DNA from: the human T2T-CHM13v2.0 reference genome, Homo sapiens | DNA: 64,000 bases | Strand: one strand, 5' to 3' | Assembly (NCBI RefSeq): GCF_009914755.1 | Contig: NC_060933.1 | Part shown: piece after piece, positions 58,807-64,000 of the stretch | Layout: every line of letters starts with the position of its first letter | Position numbering within the stretch: position 1 is the first letter of the stretch | The notes under the pieces: model-generated | The model's input: only the letters and a program-made list of their open reading frames with translations | The model's database searches: none | Told to the model about the DNA's origin: nothing | Made by a program: the position numbers and the translations under genes

Positions 58807-59815
58807 ATATAGTTTTATGTTGGGAGATCATACCAGAAAAAAATATATATATATACATATATAAGACTTGGGAACGTGATAATACCCTCAAGCAGGTTTT
58901 CCTCTAAATTCTAAAAGGCATCTTCATTCTTGCTTAGTCTTAGTCAAGCTGTGTATTTCCCTTCTAACTAGCACAGTGCTTGCTCAGAGCAATTGCTCCA
59001 AAATTTTTTTGAACTGGAAGGATTCAAAGATGTTAGGCCTCCTCCTGCCTAAAAGTGGTTTACATAATGAAGGGCATATTTTTCTTAAATAACAAGAAGT
59101 CTGGAGGCAGCAGTTGTTACCAGAGGTTCAGCTGCTCCATAATGCCTTCAGGAATCCTAATCCTTTCTATCTTCTTGCTCCTCTGTCCTTGGTGGGAATG
59201 GATTTCAGATTCATATTTGCTGCCTTGTGGCTGCTGGTGGCTGCAGCAACCTTCAGTGGAAGAGAAGGGCCACAGGGCCCTTTCTTTAGCAATGCCCACA
59301 GGCCCCTTTCTTTATCAAGAAGCCTCCCAAGGGACTCTCACTGATTTATCTTTGGCCATGCCTGAATCACATGGCAAACTGAGCTGCAAGGGAGCCTGGG
59401 AAGCCAGGATTTCACTATCCTAACTCTTCTAAGTGCAAGAAAGGGATTTGAGGGTTATGAATTGGGTTCTGGGGGAGCTAACAAGTTTTGCCTCCAACCA
59501 TTTCCTAGAAAACCTAAATGTATTTGAAGTAGATTTCCTTGGCAGTTATCTCTGGAAAAACTAAAGTAAAATAAAAAGTTGAAAAAAATTTTGATTTGAA
59601 AAGTCACTGAATTTAGTATGGATAGAGCGTCAGTTCATTCCAAAAAACATCTAACAAGCCACTGACTACACACCAAGCATTGAGCAAAAATCCAGGAGGC
59701 AAAGATGAATAAGGACTAGCTCACATCCTTAGAAAGCTGACAACCGGGCAGTAGAAGCATGCCTGCCGATAAGTAGTTATATTATGAGAAAGAGCCAGCA
59801 AAAGAAATGCTAAGT

Positions 59816-60127
59816 GGCCGGGCGCGGTGGCTTACGTCTGTCATCCCAGCACTTTGGGAGGCCGAGGTGGGTGGATCACCTGAGGTCAGGAGTTCAAGAC
59901 CAGCCTGGCCAATCTGGTGAAACTCCGCCTGCATTAAAAATACCAAAACTAGCTGGGCATGGTGGCGGACGCCTGTAATCCCGCTACTCGGGAGGCTGAG
60001 GCAGGAGAATCACTTGAACCCAGGAGGCGGAGGTTGCAGTGAGCCGAGATCTGCCACTGGACTCCAGCCTGGGCAACAAGAGCGAAACTCCGCCGCAAAA
60101 AAAGAAAAAGAAAAAAGAAAGAAAGAA
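59816..60127 (+). mobile_element. AluS
   Basis: Full dimer; TSD ~AAAGAAA(TG/CA)CTAAGT. Confidence 0.9.
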
Positions 60128-61824
60128 ACACTAAGTGGGCAAAGAGAAGCTGGCCTGGGGACTCAGAGCTGTTTTAGAGAAGCTCTGATTTCATCAGTTG
60201 GAAGAGAAGAAAACAGCGCAAGCACAGACCGGGGGATGAGGCCAGCCTGCCCCCCACCCGCCTCTTCCGCAGAGCTGCTAGCGTTTCCCGTGGCCGCCGG
60301 GATGAGGGGTTTGTACTTGTTACCAGAAGAATTTCCATTTTTCAGCCTTGTAGAAAATGCCTAAGACTTGGAATGACACATCTTCTTCTAGTTCTGCTGC
60401 TAATTAACTGTGTGAGATCAAGTTTGAAATTTAAGTCAGGGAGCCCCTTTATTTATCATTGCGACTCTGCAGCGTTTCTAATCACGTAAGCACGTGCTCT
60501 GCACACTGTTTCTTAACCATGTCACTGACATAGTGGCTGCAATTGAATCCATCTACTAGCACTTGGTGTTTTTTTTGCAGAACAAGCCAGACATAACTTA
60601 CTACGGCAAATTTGTACCTGGAAATCACGGAGATGTGATGGCAGACAAGCTCTGCGGTCATCTGGGAATGTCTCGCCAAACCGAAGGAAACCCGTGTGTC
60701 GTGTGCAGGGATTTCCATGACAGCACTGGCTTCCCAGTGACTGGCAGGATCCAAACAACCGTCAAGAGAAGGAAAGTATTTTAAATCAGGAAATATGGAA
60801 ATAACCTTGTATCTGCCAGATTAGGAGGGAGAGATCAGACGACATCATCAGCTCTTTAATAATTTTTTTAAATAGAAAGTCTTCATCTCTCCTTTTTTGG
60901 TCACTTAAGTGTTTGCTGGCGGTTTCTAAAATGTCTTTTACTCCATGACATTATAGGAAAGGCGCTTTTGGAGCCGTAGTTTGGTTATAAACGACTCTCC
61001 CACAACTGTTTTCTATTTCCATTTTGTTTCACTGACTGAGAATGTAAATTGAACTTTAGTGCTATTGTGCTTTGTTCTGCCTCTCTTTGTGGAAATGTGT
61101 TTTGAATTAAAGTCCACAAATAAACCAGAGCGGTCCCAAATATTGCCCTTCAGCTTTTGAACAGCTTGAGAGCCAGGAAAAGACAGAGCATGTGGTTTTA
61201 TGAGCCCCAGATGGTGTAATGGGTGTCACGCATGTCTTTACGTGGGGAGGTCAGGGGTTCAGGTTCCATCTGGAGCCATCTCAGAGACACTTCATATCCG
61301 AGGAATAAAGATGAGATCTGGGGCAGAAAACATGGCCACCTGCGGGGAGGAGACATGGTGCCTTCTCACCCTAACCACCGCCATCTCAGCCAATACCCAT
61401 TCACTTATCTGAGTCTAGCGATGTTGCCTTTGACTCAGAACAAAACAATGTCATGGATTGTTTCCCTGGAATCTTCTGTCTCCACCGACTTCTTCTTTGC
61501 TAAGATCCATGAATGAGCTTCTTCCCTTGTTCATGATTGAGAAATCCAAACCATCCTCTCATTTACTGCTGAAGCAAGTAGGAATGTTTGTAGGAATATT
61601 TTCTTATCATCCCTATGCTGTAGTCCTCGGAGAGAGATTAACTAAAAGAAAGTTTCTGAGACCATTTTCTACTTCTTCACCAGAGTGGACATAAATCTAG
61701 AATTAGTGATGCTATTTGATTTGGCTTCCAAATAGTATTGATACAGTATAGCCATAATGGATTTGCAGCCATGCTATTAATTCATGTACTATTTCCTTTC
61801 ATTTCTTAAAAACTTAAATTGTGT

Positions 61825-62690
<866 letters not shown>

Positions 62691-62814
62691 CAAGACCTCT
62701 TACAATCTTGCAAAATGGAATCTCTGTCCCCATCAAACATTAACACCCCATTCACTACCACACCCAGCTCCCAGGCGCTGGAAATCTTAATTCATGTACT
62801 TTTACTAGACTTTT

Positions 62815-63429
62815 AGGTAGGGGCTATAGGAAATGTATTTTCCTTCTTTTCCCAGCATTCTGAGTTTAGCCCATGTAAGAGAGGAAAATTTTCTCTTCTC
62901 TCCACTTATCCTGGGTTCATTGGCGGAGGCCCTGTAAATTGAACTGACAGAAGACAGATTAACAAGAGAAAAACAAACAAGTTTATTAGCACTTGCACCG
63001 TGCACACACGAGAGCACTCAGAGATGAGTAACTCAAAGGGGTGGTGAAAACGTGGGCTTGTATCCTTATCAAAGAACAATACATTTGTAGAGAAGAGATG
63101 AGATAAAGGAAAAGGACTTTGAGCTTTTAGTTACAGCAAACTGTGGGAAGGCAAATCATCTATGGGTAGAGTGGAAGATAAGGGTGGTTAGTAGGATCCT
63201 CTAGTGTTTTCTCCAGCTGATAAGCATCTAGAATTGTCTCTGGTGATTAGCTTCTGTCCTTCCTAGCAGAGAGAAGGGGGATATCTTTGCCAATTTCTGT
63301 CCTGATTTAAGCAAATAGGGGGAGGGCAGAGAGCTTTTCTTGTATCTCCATCTTCTCAGTTGCTGTCAACTCCAATTAATCCTGATGTCAAAGTGCACAT
63401 TTCGGAGCAGCACATTCTGAACCCCTTCA
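62815..63429 (-). mobile_element. ERV1 solo LTR (MER34-like)
   Basis: Reverse complement starts tgaaggggttcagaatgtgctgctccgaaatgtgcactttgacatcagga, similar to the start of the 52179 LTR. Confidence 0.62.
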
Positions 63430-64000
63430 CCTATGAATAAGGAATTTCTACTCTCTTCCCCTTCACTCCAGTCCGTGGAAGGGAAGACAGGAACTTTTTG
63501 GTGGGTGTCTAGAGAGGAGAAGCAGAGGGTTTCTGGCTCTTTCACGATTTGGGGAAGTAACGGGCTATCTAAGACATAGTCATCGTATTCTGTCATTTCA
63601 GGGGCTGTGGTTACTCACGTGTGCCTGTGATTGGGTGAAGCTGGATAAGATTAGGAAAAAACCTATTGGAAAGCAGAGGAAAAACCCTGTTCCCCAGTGA
63701 GGTTAAACACTAGTAAACTGCCATTTTGCTCCCTAGCTGACGGTACTGTGAATTGGTTCAGAACTCAGGAGGAGAAGAGTGTTGTTTATTCCCTGCTGCC
63801 CCCCACAACCTCTCCACGAGTCCGAGAGCCCTGTGATGCCATGCATTTTCAGTGCTTAGCACATTTTGGTCAGTTTGCCTATGTGTCTTTGAAGATCCCT
63901 GAATTCAAGCTTCTGCTTATCATATGCCAGCTGTTGGTAAGCAAGAGCCAGTTCTTTTATCATTAATAACCAGCACTTTGCTATTTTGCCCAGAACTTAA

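Overview
Human (primate) genomic DNA, not prokaryotic. The window holds the 5' end of ROR2 on the minus strand. Coding exon 1 (18412..18316) encodes the signal peptide [33 protein letters not shown] and lies in a ~2.2 kb CpG island. About 18 kb of intron 1 lies to its left and ~45 kb of repeat-dense upstream DNA to its right. The rest is mostly interspersed repeats: about 40 Alus, L1/L2 fragments, MaLR/ERV1/ERVL LTRs, Tigger DNA transposons, a decayed ERVL pol-dUTPase segment and an L1-mobilised HERV-W processed pseudogene. Nearly all ORF-track entries are Alu/repeat or GC-rich artefacts. I found no evidence of a wholly new multi-gene system. The most notable sequence-level observations are: (1) the HERV-W retrocopy with a microhomology pol-env deletion; (2) an Alu carrying ~76 bp of foreign 5' sequence inside its target-site duplications (TSDs); (3) a near-pristine AluYa5 in ROR2 intron 1; (4) two independent double-hairpin (template-switch-like) scars in Alus; (5) an internally deleted L1PA that kept its 5'UTR; (6) a candidate alternative ROR2 first exon; (7) a CTCF-like motif inside an L2. 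Repeat subfamily names and most boundaries were assigned by eye from remembered consensus sequences and are approximate.
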